Origin: the human T2T-CHM13v2.0 reference genome, Homo sapiens
Direction: 5' to 3' (one strand)
Assembly (NCBI RefSeq): GCF_009914755.1
Contig: NC_060927.1
Length of the DNA: 64,000 nt
Shown here: positions 44,986 to 62,760 of the stretch, one piece after another
Position numbering within the stretch: position 1 is the first letter of the stretch
Layout of the letters: the number at the start of each line of letters is the position of its first letter
Made by a program: the position numbers and the translations under genes
Notes under the pieces: generated by a model
Told to the model about the DNA's origin: nothing
What the model saw: only the letters and a program-made list of their open reading frames with translations
The model's database searches: none

Positions 44986-47274
44986 CCTTCCCAGAATTAC
45001 TAATTTTAAATTAATTATATCATTGCACATCTGTTTAATACTTCATAGCTTACTAAATATGTACTGTCATTAATCTATTCTCCTTACAACAATGTGAATA
45101 TTAATGGTTTTTCAACTAGATAAATGAGGAAACTGAGGCCCAGACTCATGAAATGATTGGCCCAAGTTCTTAAAGATATGGTTGATCAGCTTATATGAAA
45201 ACCCAGGTGTTATTTTTAGCCCAGTGGCTTCCTATGCACCATTGCATTCTAAATTGTCCTAAGGTTGTCACAAAGGTTGTTTTCATAACATAGAGCTTCA
45301 TTTTCTCCAAAGAAATAGAATTGAGATTACAGGGAAAAGCTTTTATATTAAATGCTTAGATAATATAATGAGAAATCTGTTATTCTATTTGGAGGAAAAT
45401 TACTTTGAGTACAATTGATATGATGTCAATTGCTATGATACATGGTTTTTAATAACCAACACAGGTGGAGGCTTATAATAAAAGGATGCCTTGCTATTAT
45501 AGTAGAAGAATGAAATAACCTGCAGTCCACATTTATCTGTGAATGCTACTCAGTTTTCTTTCTTCTTAGCCTTGCAGTTTTCTTTAAATTAGAAAATTAA
45601 ATCTTCAGGGTCATTATTTTAAAAGATATTCTATTCCTCTTCCCTGATAATAAATTCCTTATATATTAAGAATTACTGGAACAATATTTTTATCCTGTAT
45701 ATGGCCAGTGATTTAAAGGATGCTTTCCATTTCTGAAATTGCATTAGGAGTACATAAATGCTTTTTAAAAATTGTTCAGTAAAGCAAGTGTGATACCTAT
45801 TTGCAACACTAGGCCACATGTGGGATTTTTAAAACAATGAATTAGTCACTGTCTTTAAAGAGCATATAGCTGATAATATTACCAGCCAATATTCCTTGAA
45901 TGCTTACTATTTGCCAGTCACTGTTGTAAATATTTTAGATCATATGTTAATTCACTTAATCTTCACGACAATCCTGTGAGGTATATACTATTATTATCAC
46001 CATTTTATAGATGAGAATATTGAGGTGCCTTTACAGAGAAGGGTAGAGTAACAAGCTCAAGTCACATAGCTAGTAAGTTGTAAAGTCAGGACTAGAATAT
46101 ATGCCTGACTCGCTGCAAAGTTCATGCTTTTTCTTCTTATGCCATGCTGCCTTTAAGCGCTGGGGAAAAGCAGTCTAGTGGGGAGGCTAATGAAATAATA
46201 CCAGTGTGAGGTAATAAGTTCCTGGAATAAGTGCAGTCATATTACCACATTTCTTGAATTTTCTCAGTAGTGATTTCAGATACTCTGCTTGTCCCTGTGA
46301 GCCATGAAAATGTTAGGCAAAATCTTGTTTTAGTACATAAAGTAATTGTTTTTTGAACCTAGAAGTAATTATATTTCTTTTCTCAGGCTGTGTACAAATT
46401 TTTGATTACGGTAACATGATCACCACGGGAAGTGAGGATGGAGAAAAAAATCATTTCAAGGGAATCATACTAATAATACATATTCACCTTTTTATCAGTC
46501 ATTACTAGATAACATGATGACCATGGGAAGTGAGAATGGAAAAAAAAAATGATTTCAAGGGAATCACTGATAATACCTACGTTTTTATCAGTCATTACTA
46601 GGTGTTAGACACTATGCTAAGTGTTTTACCCGTTTTAATTTAACCTCACAGCAATTCTGTTAGGTAAGTATTATTACTCACCAAAGCTAAGAAAGGTTAA
46701 GTAAGTTGTACAGTCTCACATGGCTCATTAGTGATAGAACTGTGTTTTGAACACAGGTCTATCCCATTACAGACCTCTTTGAAACTGTTTCTGGAAACAA
46801 ATTTGATGTCACTCAAATAGCCCAGGGATGCTAAGATTACAACATGTCAAATGCCTCTGTAGTGACAGATGGTTTGGATAACAAGATTGATTGAAGTTAA
46901 CTTTAACCTGAGAAATTGTGTGGTTTTAGATGGAAGAAGAGGTGTTGAAGGAAGACTGAGCCAGCTGCTGATCAATGGGATAGAATTTGAGAGGGAGAAG
47001 TGTTGGAAGTGGAGTTACAGTTTCCTCCCTGATTTTTTCCTGATTAACTTTACTACTCAGTGCAGGTTTGCGATGGGGCAATCTTGCTACAGTATCTCCT
47101 CTGTGAACTAGTCTCCACACCTAGTTAAGTTAATATGGTTAGTTAGGTTAATATGTAAAGTTAAGCATTGAGCTTGGTATCAGTGACCCAATTAAGATGG
47201 TTTCACTCCCAAGAAAATTCATATAAGAATAACTCTAAGCATGGCCATAGATTTTAATCAAACCTTGCATAGAA

Positions 47275-50870
<3,596 letters not shown>

Positions 50871-51978
50871 GATAGATCCCACTGGAATTTTTTAGGGTAC
50901 TTGCTGTTCCAATTGTGGTGAAAGAAAAGTGTTAACAATCTGAAGGCTGATAGTTCAGAAAAAAATATAATTAATTAGTTATCTTTTTTAACAGCATCAC
51001 CTGTTAATGTATTTTCACTGATGAGAGGATTTTATCACATCTGAATTTTAGATTTTAGTGCTTTTTAAAGACAGTAAACAACAATGTTTAGTCAAAGGGT
51101 TATCTGCACTATTAACCTCGTATAGTGCTGGGCATATAAATGCATGAAAAATGCTCATTGAATAAACAAGTGAAAATCTGCCTTTTATTTATGCATGCAC
51201 TATTGCTTTTCCTAATGCATTGCTGTAAGAATGTCCATAATATCAAGTCACAAAAAGAGCAACTTAAAAGGAAAATGAAATACTTAATATTACCTTCTGT
51301 TGACTTCTGAAGGAATGAGCTATTGTTCCAGATATTTTGTATTTCCAAAATAAAAAGGTAACTGAAAGACAATTTGCTTTTTTGGCATTCCTTATTTTTG
51401 TGCACATTATTAGATTGCTCATTTTAGATATTTGAGCTTTTAGCTCCTTCCCTTAATTTACTTTTTTTTTTGTTATCAATGCAAATTGCAAATGTTCTGA
51501 AATAATATTTAAGAAGGCCATTCAGACAGTGATCAGTCCTTTGTAATAGACCCAAATAATATGTTTTGTATGTTTCTGGGGTTAGGAAACTTCTGTAAGT
51601 GAACTGATGATTTCTAACAGTGCTTGAAAATTAGAGAATTAGAATCCCAGAAGTATTTTTCTCAGTAGCCATCTAATCCGTCATTCTTCCACCACATATG
51701 CCCCCTCTTCCACCAATCCTCAGGTTTTCCCTGTGTTCATACTGCTTACTTGAATATCTATATTGATTTGTAATCTCTTTTCCCACTTATCTATATGCCA
51801 CTCTTACTTCAAGGCCCAACTCAAGTATTATTTCCTCTGGTGAGCTTTCCTATAGCTCACATTGTTCGTTCTTTGTGTGCTTATTGGTTTGTCATTAACT
51901 TTAATATTTGTTCTAAGGGGTAGAACTGAAGGACCAATGGGCGGAAACTAAGGAAGACAGAATTAGGATCAGCATGTG

Positions 51979-52515
51979 TGTTGGGGATCCCCAGAACCAC
52001 CCCCATTTTGATGATTCACTAGGGGAACACCCAGGGCTCAGCATATAGTCACATCTAAGATATATTACTGTGAAAGAATACAAAGCAAAATCAGCAAAGG
52101 GAAAATGAGCATTGGGCAAAGTCTAGAGGAAATCAAACATGAGCTTTCAAGGGTCTTCCTCTGGTGGAGTCACATAGGATGTATTTAATTCCTCCTAAGT
52201 TGTGACAAGGGTGATATGTCTACCAGGAAAGTTCATTAGACTCAGTGCCCAAACTTTTTACTTGGGCCTGGTCACATGGACACCCTCTGCCTAGCACATA
52301 CCAAAATTACAGACCCGCAGGAGTAAAGCAGGTATTCAGCATAAAGCACATTGCATAAACAGTTTAGGCACAGTGAACCACTCTTATGAGTCCTGAGAAT
52401 TGTATTATCCCTCCTGAAATCCAAGTTCTCAGATGCCGGCCAAAGGCCAAATTTGCGAACAGGCTTTTGTAAGGATAGCAGTCTCAAGCTTGCTATATTA
52501 ACTCTTTTCTGCAAA
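51979..52515. mobile_element. MER21-like LTR
   Basis: TGTTGGGGATCCCCAGAACCACCCCC...GATTCACTAG start and TTAACTCTTTTCTGCA end. Confidence 0.7.
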
Positions 52516-53000
52516 GTTTGGTATTAGGAAGGCCTTTCCAAAGTGCTAACTTCAGAACTAGGCTGACTTAAGAAGTAAGTATTACCTTTTTACTAAAAGG
52601 CATTTACAAATAAATTGTGTGAGAAGTTTTAGAGGATGTATATCCATTGCTCACTGAAAACTCACTGTTATTCAAATCTGGGGCTTTTATAATCCCTTGA
52701 TATATATTATAGTTTCTTTTTTTAAAAACTGTGTTACTCTTTTATTATACAGGAGAATGGCTTTGAGTTAGAAGTCAGGATACTTGAGTTTTGATGTAGT
52801 GTTGTCACTCTTCACCTATCTCCTTAATATCTCTTACCTATTTATAAAGGATTTGAACTTTTTTATTTCAGAGTTTTCTTCCTAGCTCATATTTCTGCCC
52901 CTTGAGAGAGTCCATTGGATTTCTTTGATTTTTAAAAAGTTCTTAATGATACCTAGTAGAAAAACCTACTTTCCCGTAATATTTAACCATTCTTCTTCTT

Positions 53001-53293
53001 ATTTTTTCCCCGAGACTGAGTCTCACTCTGTTGCCCAGACTGGAGTGCACTGGTGTGATCTTGGCTCACTGCAACATCCACCTCCTGGATTCAAGCGATT
53101 GTCCTGCCTCAGCCTCCTGAGTAGCTGGGATTACAGGTGCATACCACCACACCTGGCTAATTTTTGTATTTTTCGTAGAGACAGGGTTTCACTATGTTGG
53201 CTAGGCTGGTCTAGAACTCCTGACCTCAGGTGATCTGCCCACCTCAGCCTCCCAAAGTGTTGGGATTACAGGCGTGAGCCACTGCGCCCAGCC
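53001..53293 (-). mobile_element. AluS element
   Basis: Full dimer, degenerate tail. Confidence 0.9.
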
Positions 53294-54397
53294 TGTTGTT
53301 TTTAATTAGATCTTTTGGAGACAGCTCTATTTTTTACCTAGGATGTCTGTGAATAATAGTTCTGTCTCTCTCTGTATTGGTGGTAACAAATCTTGCAGAC
53401 TAAAATTTGAGTTTAGCTTCCTACCTAGGGTTGGTGGAACTGCAGTGGTGAGGAATGGGAAAACTCAAGGAGAGAGCTAGGGACAATAGGAATGTTTATT
53501 CCTTCCTCCCAAAGTTTCTCCTAAGACTTGGAAAGTCTTCAGGGTTAGGAAAATCCTTAGAAAATACTGGAAGTGCTAATGTTCCTGAAATTCCTATGTC
53601 ATTATAACTTCTGTTTTTGTGGACTGTCATGATTCTCTGAGTATAAAGAGCCTATGTGTGGGCTGCTGCTCCCACTGAAGATGGCACTTCATCATCTGTT
53701 CTACCTAGTGGTCTCTGGTGAGAATGATGGAGCCTAACCATCTGCTAGTTTTAATCTGTCTGGAAACAGGAGCCCTCTGAGATTGAGGAAAACCTAGTTT
53801 CTCCATCTACCTAGCAGAATTACCACAATATCTCCATTCAATCCCATATGCTGCCAGCACTCTACCAAGTAAGAAATGACCAAAGTTAGGAACAGAGAAA
53901 TCCTTAGAGACCATATAATGTGTTTCATGGGTTGGGATAGGGAGAGGAGAATGCTGGAATAGTCCCCTTGTTCAGACATGTCTCTCCCCATTCTTATAAT
54001 TTAGAAACCCTGTTTATGGCATCTCTGTTAGGTAGCCATCTAAGGTTTAATTAAAACTCTTCATTGATCAGGAATTTATTTCTGCCCCTTGAGTTAAGCC
54101 ATTTAATCACTTTGAATGTATTTTTTATAATGTTAAGATGAAAACTGCCTCCCTATAATATCTAACCATTTCTAATTTTCTTAATTATGTCTTTTCATAT
54201 CACTCAGACTACTCCATTTTTTTTTCCTGAGGAGCCCTTCAAAATAATAGAGAGTTTTATTCTCTTTTTATTAATTGGTATTGTCTTATACCCTGCAGAT
54301 GCTCTTGGGAAATGTAATCTATTAAATTAATATTCAAATTAATTAAACAGATTCTTTCCTCCTGGACAGTGGCTCAGATAATAATCTAGAAGGAATA

Positions 54398-57300
54398 TTA
54401 TGCCCAGAAATCTTGTTCTTCAAAAATGAAGGGGAGATAAAAATCTTTCTCAGACAAAAACTGAGGGAATTTATCACCACTAGACTTGGCTTATACAAAA
54501 TGCTAAAGGGAGTCCTTCAAGCTGAAGGAAAATGTTACTAAGCAGTAACACAAAAACATGAAAGTACAAAACTCACTGGTAAAAGTAATCACATAGTAAA
54601 ATTCAAAATATTCTAGTACTGTGATGACAGTGGAAAATCAATTACATCTCTTATATGAAGGTTGAAATATTATATAGCTGCAATAATCTGTTAAGGGATA
54701 CACATTATAAAAAGATGTTAGATGTGATACCAAACACATAAAATGGAAGAAGGAGTAAAAGTTTAGAGTTTGTGTAAGTGATCAAAGCTGTTACCAACTT
54801 AAAATAGCCTGTTACAAGATGTTTTATGTAAGCCTTACGGTAACCATGAGGCAAAAACCCCTAGTAGATACACAAAAGATAAAAAGAAAGGATTCAAAGT
54901 ATACCACTGCAGGAAATCATTAAATCACAACGGAGGACAGCAAGAGAAAAGAGGAACAAAGGGTCTACAAATTAACTAGGAAAAAAAAAATCAGCAAATT
55001 GGCTGTAGTAAGTCCTTACCTAATAATAATTATTTTGAATTTAAATGGATTAAAGTTTCTAATCAAACGGCATTGAATGGCTGACTGGGTAAAAAAAAAA
55101 AAATATGTTGCCTACAAGAGACTCACTTCACTGTTAAGGACACATTTAGACTCAAAATGAAGGGATGGGAAAAGATATGCCATGCAAAGGAGCAGGAATA
55201 GCTATACTTACATCAGACAAAATAGACTTTAATTCAAAAACTGTAAAAAAAGACAAAGAAGGTCATTATGTAAAGAGGTCAACTCATCAAGAAGACATAA
55301 TAATCATATATATATATGATTGTTATGGAATATACACACACACACACACGCACGCACGCACGCACGCACTCGATGTCAGAGCACCTAAATATATGTGGTG
55401 AATATTAAAAGATCTGAAGGGAGAGACAGACTGCAATACAATAATAGTAAGGTACTTCAATACCCCATTTTCAACAATGGGCAGATTATCTAGACAGAAA
55501 ATCAGTAAGGAAACAGAAGTCATATTGCTTATCTTTTCCAACTACAGTGGTATGAAACTAGAAATTAATAACGGCATCTTGGAAAATTAACACGTATGTG
55601 GAAATTAAACAGTATGCCCTAGAACAACCAATGGATCAAAGAAGAAATTAAAAGGGAAAATAAAAAATATTTTAAGACAAGCAAAAATGGAAACACAGCA
55701 TACCAAAACTTATGGGATGCAGCAAAAGCAGTCCTGAGAGGGGAAATTATAGCAATAAATGCCTATATCAAAAAAGAAAAATCTCAAACAACCTTACATC
55801 ATACCTCAAAGGAACTAGAAAAAGAACAGAGTAATCCCAAACTTAGCAGAAGGAAGGAAATAACAAAAATCAGAGCAGAAATAGATAAAATAGAGACTGG
55901 AAAAACAATAGAAAATATCAATAAAACTAAAAGTTGGGTTTTTGAAAAGATAAACAATATTGACAGTATTTTAGCTAGACTAACAAAGAAAAAGAGAAGA
56001 TGCAAATAAACCCAGAAATGGAAGAGTGGACATTATACCTGATACCACAGAAATACAAAGTAGCACAAGAGACTTCTATGTAACAAATTGCATAAGCAGA
56101 AGAAATAAATTCCTAAAAACCTAGAACCTATTAAGATGAATCAAGAAGAAATAGAAAATCTGAACAGGCAATAATGAGTAAGGAGATTGAATAAGTAATA
56201 AAAAGTCTCCCATCAATGAAAACCCAAGACCTGATGGTTTCACTGCTGATTCTACCAGATATTTAAAGAACTAATACCAATCCTTCTCAAACTCTTCCAA
56301 AAAATGGAAGAGGAGGGAATACTTCCAAACTCGTTTTACAAGACCAGCATTACCCTGATGCCAAATACAGACAAGGACACTACAAAGAAACAAAACTACA
56401 GGACAATATCTTTGATGAACATAGACGCAAAAATCCTCAACAAAATACTAGCAGACCAAACTCAACAACATATTTAAAAGATCATTCACCGTGATCAAGT
56501 GAGATTTATCCCTGGGATCCTAGGATGTTTTGACATATGTAGATCAATAAATGTGATACAGCATATTAACAAAATGAGGGACAAAACCCACATCATCATC
56601 TCGATAGATGCAAAAAAGCATTTGACAAAATTCAACTTCCTTTCTTGATAAAAACTTTCAACAAATTAGCTATAGAAAGAATGCAGTTCAATACAATAAA
56701 GGCCATATATGACAAGCCCACAGCTGACATACTAAATGGTGAAAAGTTGAAAGCTTTTTCTCTAAGATCAGGAATAAGACCAGGATGCTACTCTTGCCAC
56801 TTCTATTTATCATAATACTAGAATTCCTAGCTAGAGCAATTAGGCAAGAAATAGAAATAAAAAGTATCTAAATAGAAAAGGAGGAAGGGAAATTGTTTCT
56901 GCTGATGATATTATATATTTTTTAAAAATCCTAAAGACTCCACCAAAAAACTATTCGAACTGATAAATGAATTTAGTTAAGTTTAAAGCTGTAGGATACA
57001 AAATCAGCATACAAAAATAGCATTTCCATATACTAACAATGAACTATCTGAAAAAGAAATTAAGAAAACAGTCCCACTTACAATAACATCAAAAAATAAA
57101 TAAAATATCTCATAGTAAATTTAACCAAAGAGGTGAAAGATCTGTATATCAAAAATTATAAAACATTGCTAAAAGAAATTGAAGATGACACAATAAATGG
57201 AAAGATATCTTGTGTTCATGGATTGGAGACATTAATGTTGTTAAAATATCTATATTACCCAAAGTGTTCTACAGATTCAGTGTAATCCCTATTGAAATTC

Positions 57301-59637
57301 CAATGTCATTTTTCATAGAAATAGCAAAAAAATCCTAAAATTTGTAAGAAACCGTAAAAGACTACAAATATCTAAAGCAATCCTGAGCAAGAAGAACAAA
57401 ACTGGAGGCATCACACTCCTTGATTTCAAAATACATTTTAAAGCTATCTTAATGAAAACAGCATGGTACCAGCATAAAAACAGACATGTCAACCAATGGA
57501 ACAGAATAGAAATCCCAGAAATACCAGCCTGGGCAACATGGTGAGACCCTGCCTCTACAAAAAAGGAAAAAAAAAATAGCTAGGAGTGGTGGTACACACC
57601 TGTAGCCCCGGCTGCTTGGGGAGGTTGAGGCGGGAGGATCACTTGAGCCCAGGAGGTTGAGGCTGCAGTGAGCTGTGTTCATGCTACTGCACTTCAGCCT
57701 AGGTGACAGAGTGAGGCCCTGTCTCAGAAAAATCCCAAAAAGTAACCCATGCGTTTATGATCAATTGATTTTCAACAAAGGTGCTAAGAACAGACAATGG
57801 GGAAAGGACAGTCTCTTCAATAAATGGTGTTGGGAAAACTGGATATCTACATGCAAAAGAATGAAATTGGACCTTTATCTCACATCATATAAAAAAAAAA
57901 CCCCTCAAAATGAATTAAAACATAAGACCTGAAATGGTAAAACTCCTAAAAGAAAGCATAAGAGAAAACCATAGGTTGAGCAATGACTTCTTGGACAGGA
58001 CCCCAGAAGCGCAGGCAACAAAAGCAAAAATACACAATGAGATTGAATCTAACGAAAAAGCTACTGCACAGCAAAGAAAACAACAGAGTGAAGAGACAAC
58101 CACGGATTGGGAGAAAATATTTGCAAACCGTACATCTGATAAGCGGTTAATATCCAAAATATATAAGGAACTCAACTCAATAACAAGAAAACAACCCAAT
58201 TTTTTTAAATGGGCAAAGGACTTGAACAGACATTTTTAGAAAGAATGCATATGAATGGCCAATAGATATATGAATAAATGCTCAATATCTCTAATCATCA
58301 GGGAAACGCAAATAAAAACCACAGTGAGATAACATCTCATACCTTTTAGAATCACTATTACCAAAAAGACAAAAGATAAGTATTGGGGGGGTTGTGAAGA
58401 AAAAGGGTGCACTATTGGTGGGAAGGTAAATTAGTATAGCCATTTTGGAAAACGCTATGGAGGTTCCTCAAAAAATATAATTACTGTACAATCCAGCTGT
58501 CCCACTTCTGGATATATATCCAAAGGATTTGCAATCAGTATGTCGAAGAGATATTTGCACTATGGTCATTTCAGCATTACAGTAACCAAGATATGGAAAC
58601 AATCTAAGTGTTTGTTAACCAATGGACGGATAAACAAAAATGTAGTATATATACACAATGGAATACTATACAGCATTTACAAAGAAGGAATTTCAGTCAT
58701 TTGCAACAACATAGATGAACCTGGAGGACGCTGTGTTAGGTGAAAGAAGCCAGACTCATGGAAAACAAATCATCTCACTTTTATGTGGAATCTTAAAAAG
58801 TTGAACCCATAGAAGGAAAGAGTAGAATGATGACTAGGGGAAGTGGTGGAAGGGGAAAGGAGAACTGTTAGTTAAAGGGTGCAGAGTTTCAGTTAGACAA
58901 GAGGAATAAGTTTTAGTGATCTATTGCATAGCATGGTGACCATAGTTAATGATGTATTGTCTACCTCAAAATTGCTAAAAGAATAGATTTTAAATGTTTT
59001 CACCACAAAAAACAATAGGTAAAATGGTGAATAAATTAGCTTGATTTAATCTTTCTGCAACATATACACATATCAAGACATCACATTGTATTCCATAAAT
59101 ATATAAGTATTCGTCTGTTCTTATGTTGCTAATAAAGACATATCTGAGACTGAAAAAGAGGTTTAATGGACTTACAGTTCCACATGGCTGGGGAGGCCTC
59201 ACAATCATGGTGGAAGGCAAAGGAGGAGCAAAGGCACATCTTACATGGCTGCAGGCAAGAGAGAACTTGTATAGGGGAACTCCCATATATAAAACCATCA
59301 GATCTCATGAGACTTATTCACTATCATGAGAATAGCATGGGAAAGGCCTGCCCCTCATGATTCAGTTACTTCCCACTGGGTCCCTCCCAGGACACATGGG
59401 AATTATGGGAGCTACAATTCAAGATGAGATTTGGGTGGGGACACAGCCAAACCATATCAATGCGCAATCATTATTTCTCAAACATTTAAAGAAAAAAGCT
59501 GGGTACAGCAGCATGTGCCTGTAGTCCTAGCTACTTGGGAAGCCAAGGCAGGGGGATTACTTGAGCCCAGTAGTTTGATGCCAGCTTGGGCAACATAGTG
59601 AGATATTATATTTAAATTTTTTCTTTTTTAAGAAAAG
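54398..59637 (+). mobile_element. L1MA-like element (ORF1 end to 3' end) with nested AluJ fragment (~57523-57730), THE1-type LTR (~59107-59459) and FLAM (~59497-59610)
   Basis: ORF2 remnants; L1MA 3'UTR; TSD AATCTAG(A/C)AGGAATA at 54383-54397 and 59638-59652. Confidence 0.82.
55308..55369. repeat. Compound (TA)n/(CA)n/(CGCA)n microsatellite inside L1 ORF2
   Basis: Directly visible. Confidence 0.85.
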
Positions 59638-62299
59638 AATCTAGCAGGAATAGTTAATTTGGAGGAATCCTGGGTTATTTGTGTTATAGCAGCCTCTAGG
59701 GAGCCTGAAGGCATTGTCTAGGGGGAGTCAAGGGAAGATAATTGGGGAGTCAGAGAGAGTACAGAAATGTAGGCACGATGTCATAGAGGTTGGCTATTAC
59801 CCAAGGTTTGTGGGTGTAGGGGGAAATCCTGAGCTGGATTCAAGACTATTGAGATTTAGTCTTGTCCTTGTTCCCAGAGTTCTGTAATTCTGGACAGTCA
59901 CTTGTAGTGCTTCATTTTCTTATCTACAACAAGAAGGAGTTAGATTAGAGAATTCAATGAGCACTAGGTAGCCCTGAAAGCACTCTAGGCTGTGATTACC
60001 AAGAAATAGACTAAAAGCATTTTAAGAGAATTTCTGCCTAGATATCTGACTTGGCCTCCAGGAGACACATTTCTCTGAGACTAGCAAATTTAATTTTGAA
60101 CTTTTTTTTCTTTTGATAGCTAATTGGCCCTTATGAATTATTAAATCAGCAGCTCTTTAAGAAATCCACACCCAGAGCTGATGAAGAGAGGAAGTCTCTG
60201 GGGCTGTGGTCTTCAGAAAGCTTAAGCCATTTTCTGCAAATATTTTATTTATAAATGACTATGAGGAAACTCTAGCCTGTCTCTGACTTTATGAATGTAT
60301 AAACGAAACAGGTCATACCTAGGATCCCATGGGAGCATCAAACACAAACACTTAAGTTAATGTAACTTAGAGTAGCCCCCATAAAGAGATGACACAATGT
60401 AGTGGAAGGAATGCTAAGCTGAAGAGTCTGAAGACCCAAGTTTAAATTTCTGGCTCTGCCACTTTCTTGCCAGTAAGACCTTGAGCTTAATGAGTTCACT
60501 CCTCTGTGCTTCAGGGTCTTCAGCTATAAAATAAGACAGTTGGACTAACTTTCAACTTTTAGTAACTGAGGCTTGGCAACTTAGAAGTAAGAGAATGGAG
60601 CTAGAAGCCCATGAACAGGAAGTCATCTGTAATGACATCAAGGATAGCAGGTTATTCCTGGCCAAGAGCTTGATGTGAAACTCTACTTCCTATTGTTCCT
60701 TGGCCTAATTGATGTCGTGATGCTTTATCTGATTGTGTCACTGACAGACTGGCTAGGGAGTGATTTTCTAACTTTTCCTCCACAGTTACCCCAAATGATA
60801 GAGAAAAGTGAATCCCATGGTTTTGCAGGAGAGGACAGCATAGCACTAAATGGTTTGCTTTGAGTGATAGATGTATTTAAAATGTTATAAGACAAACTCA
60901 TGTAAATTTGGCATTCTATTCCATAATATTGTGTTCCATAATGTAGTTAGTTTTAATATCAGCATGTTTTAAATTGTTTTTAGGGAAATGGAAATTCAAA
61001 ACTTCCTTCTTCTATCTCTTCCCCTCATAATCTTGGTAGATGGAGGGCTTAAGTCTAGAAGAATGATCAACACTAAACTGTTTATAATAGTTTGCTTTCA
61101 GAGGTGGGATTGTAGAGAAATTTAAGTTTATGTTTTTATATTCCTTGGGCTCATTACAACTATATACTAAGAACAATCATTGTGTAAAATTGGTACTGCA
61201 AAAAGAATCTCTATGGGTATTCTGTGAGGATATGTATTTTTTTTCTCATTACTCTTATTTAAGGAGCATGGAGCTATAAGAAGATAACCTTGCTCTAATA
61301 TTTTCTCAGAAATATTTTGATAGTTTATAAGCTAAATGATAGCTTGTAATGTTAGCATTTGCCAAACTGTTTGCTGTGATCTATATGGGAAAATTTAATT
61401 AATCAGCTATGGAGAGATGGAGAAGTAGACTGATTATTATAGCCTTTTTAAAAGGTAACAGATCCTCACAGCTCAAGTAATTCTTATAAGTGAGACCCAG
61501 AGACAGAAAGTGACTTATTTGAGATCACATCCAATATTAGCAGAAGAGCTAGGATTTGAAGCCAGGTATTTTGCCTTGTCTCAGAGCTGTTAGCATTTAC
61601 TTAATTTGGGGTATTTTTAAAATTTAAGTTGGATTATGGGTATTATTTATGCTAGTAATTTGCTTCTGTCAAAATAGTTAAGCCTCAAGACTTAGTGGGA
61701 ACACTAACAGTGGTCTACCCCCTGTATTTTGTTCCACACTCAACATCTCTGCAGGCTGTCTATTGGAATAGAGGGTTTGACCACCAAATAAATGTAAGCA
61801 GCCTATGTACAACTGTTTTCTATAAAGACTTACTTGGATATTGAGAGGCAGGTGTGTTTATTGCAAAATGAATGTTAAATCTTCTAATAACTTCTGGATT
61901 TGAGTTCAGAACTACTTTGGCCAACTGACAAAATAATTGCACAAAATGTAGATAAACTATCAATGGAGGAAGATGTCACTAAAACAGGTAATTCAGGCAG
62001 ATCACTACAGATCAATCCATTCTTCTTTTTGCAAAGAAAATTCATTTTTTTAAAAAAGTGTGTTTTTCACCCAAATATGCTTTCTTTAACTCTTCTTGCA
62101 CATTTAAGGCCGATTATCAGAGGATACTTGGAATCTGAACTTTTTTTAGACTGTATGTGAGGAAATAATGGAAAATATTTTAATTCCTTCACTATTAAAT
62201 GGAGCACCAAACGTTCAAACTTTCCTCGCTATACTTTTAAGCATAATTTCTAAAGATAATTAGGATTTAGATTTAAGTATAGAAAAATCTATATGTTGC

Positions 62300-62760
62300 T
62301 CTTTCTTTAAGAGGTGGTTAAGACACAATCATTGCTTTCCACGAGCTCATTCTAGTAGGGAATACAAATGAGAGCAATTAACCTCTCATCTGTGAGAGAA
62401 AGGCTTGTATAGAGAGGTATGGGGAGCATAGAGGAAGAAGTAAGTTAGTTTACCTGGAGGGGTCATATCTGAATGGCTTTGAAGAGAGTAAAATTTCTCC
62501 AGACAAAGGAACTATTATTCCAAGCAGATCTTTCTGAGCTTCTGTGAATTCAAAACACTTATTAGCTATACCACTTATTTGGCATCCCTGGACCACTCAT
62601 ATTATTTCATTTCTCATGCCTTATGTCTTCAGCCAGATTCTAGGCTTCCTGGGGGTCAAAGACTGTGTTTCATATGTCATTGCATTGTTTCAGCACTGAC
62701 TCTAGTGTTTCAAAATGTTTTGTATAGTTGGTACACAATTAATGTTTGTTGATTGACCAC
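62300..62760. mobile_element. L2 relics
   Basis: Degenerate L2 motifs; tail AATGTTTGTTGATTGA at ~62741. Confidence 0.5.

Noticed and set aside
60670-60745. Possible box C/D snoRNA (TGATG...CTGA words)
   Set aside because: No proper RTGATGA box C with terminal stem, and no recognisable antisense element.
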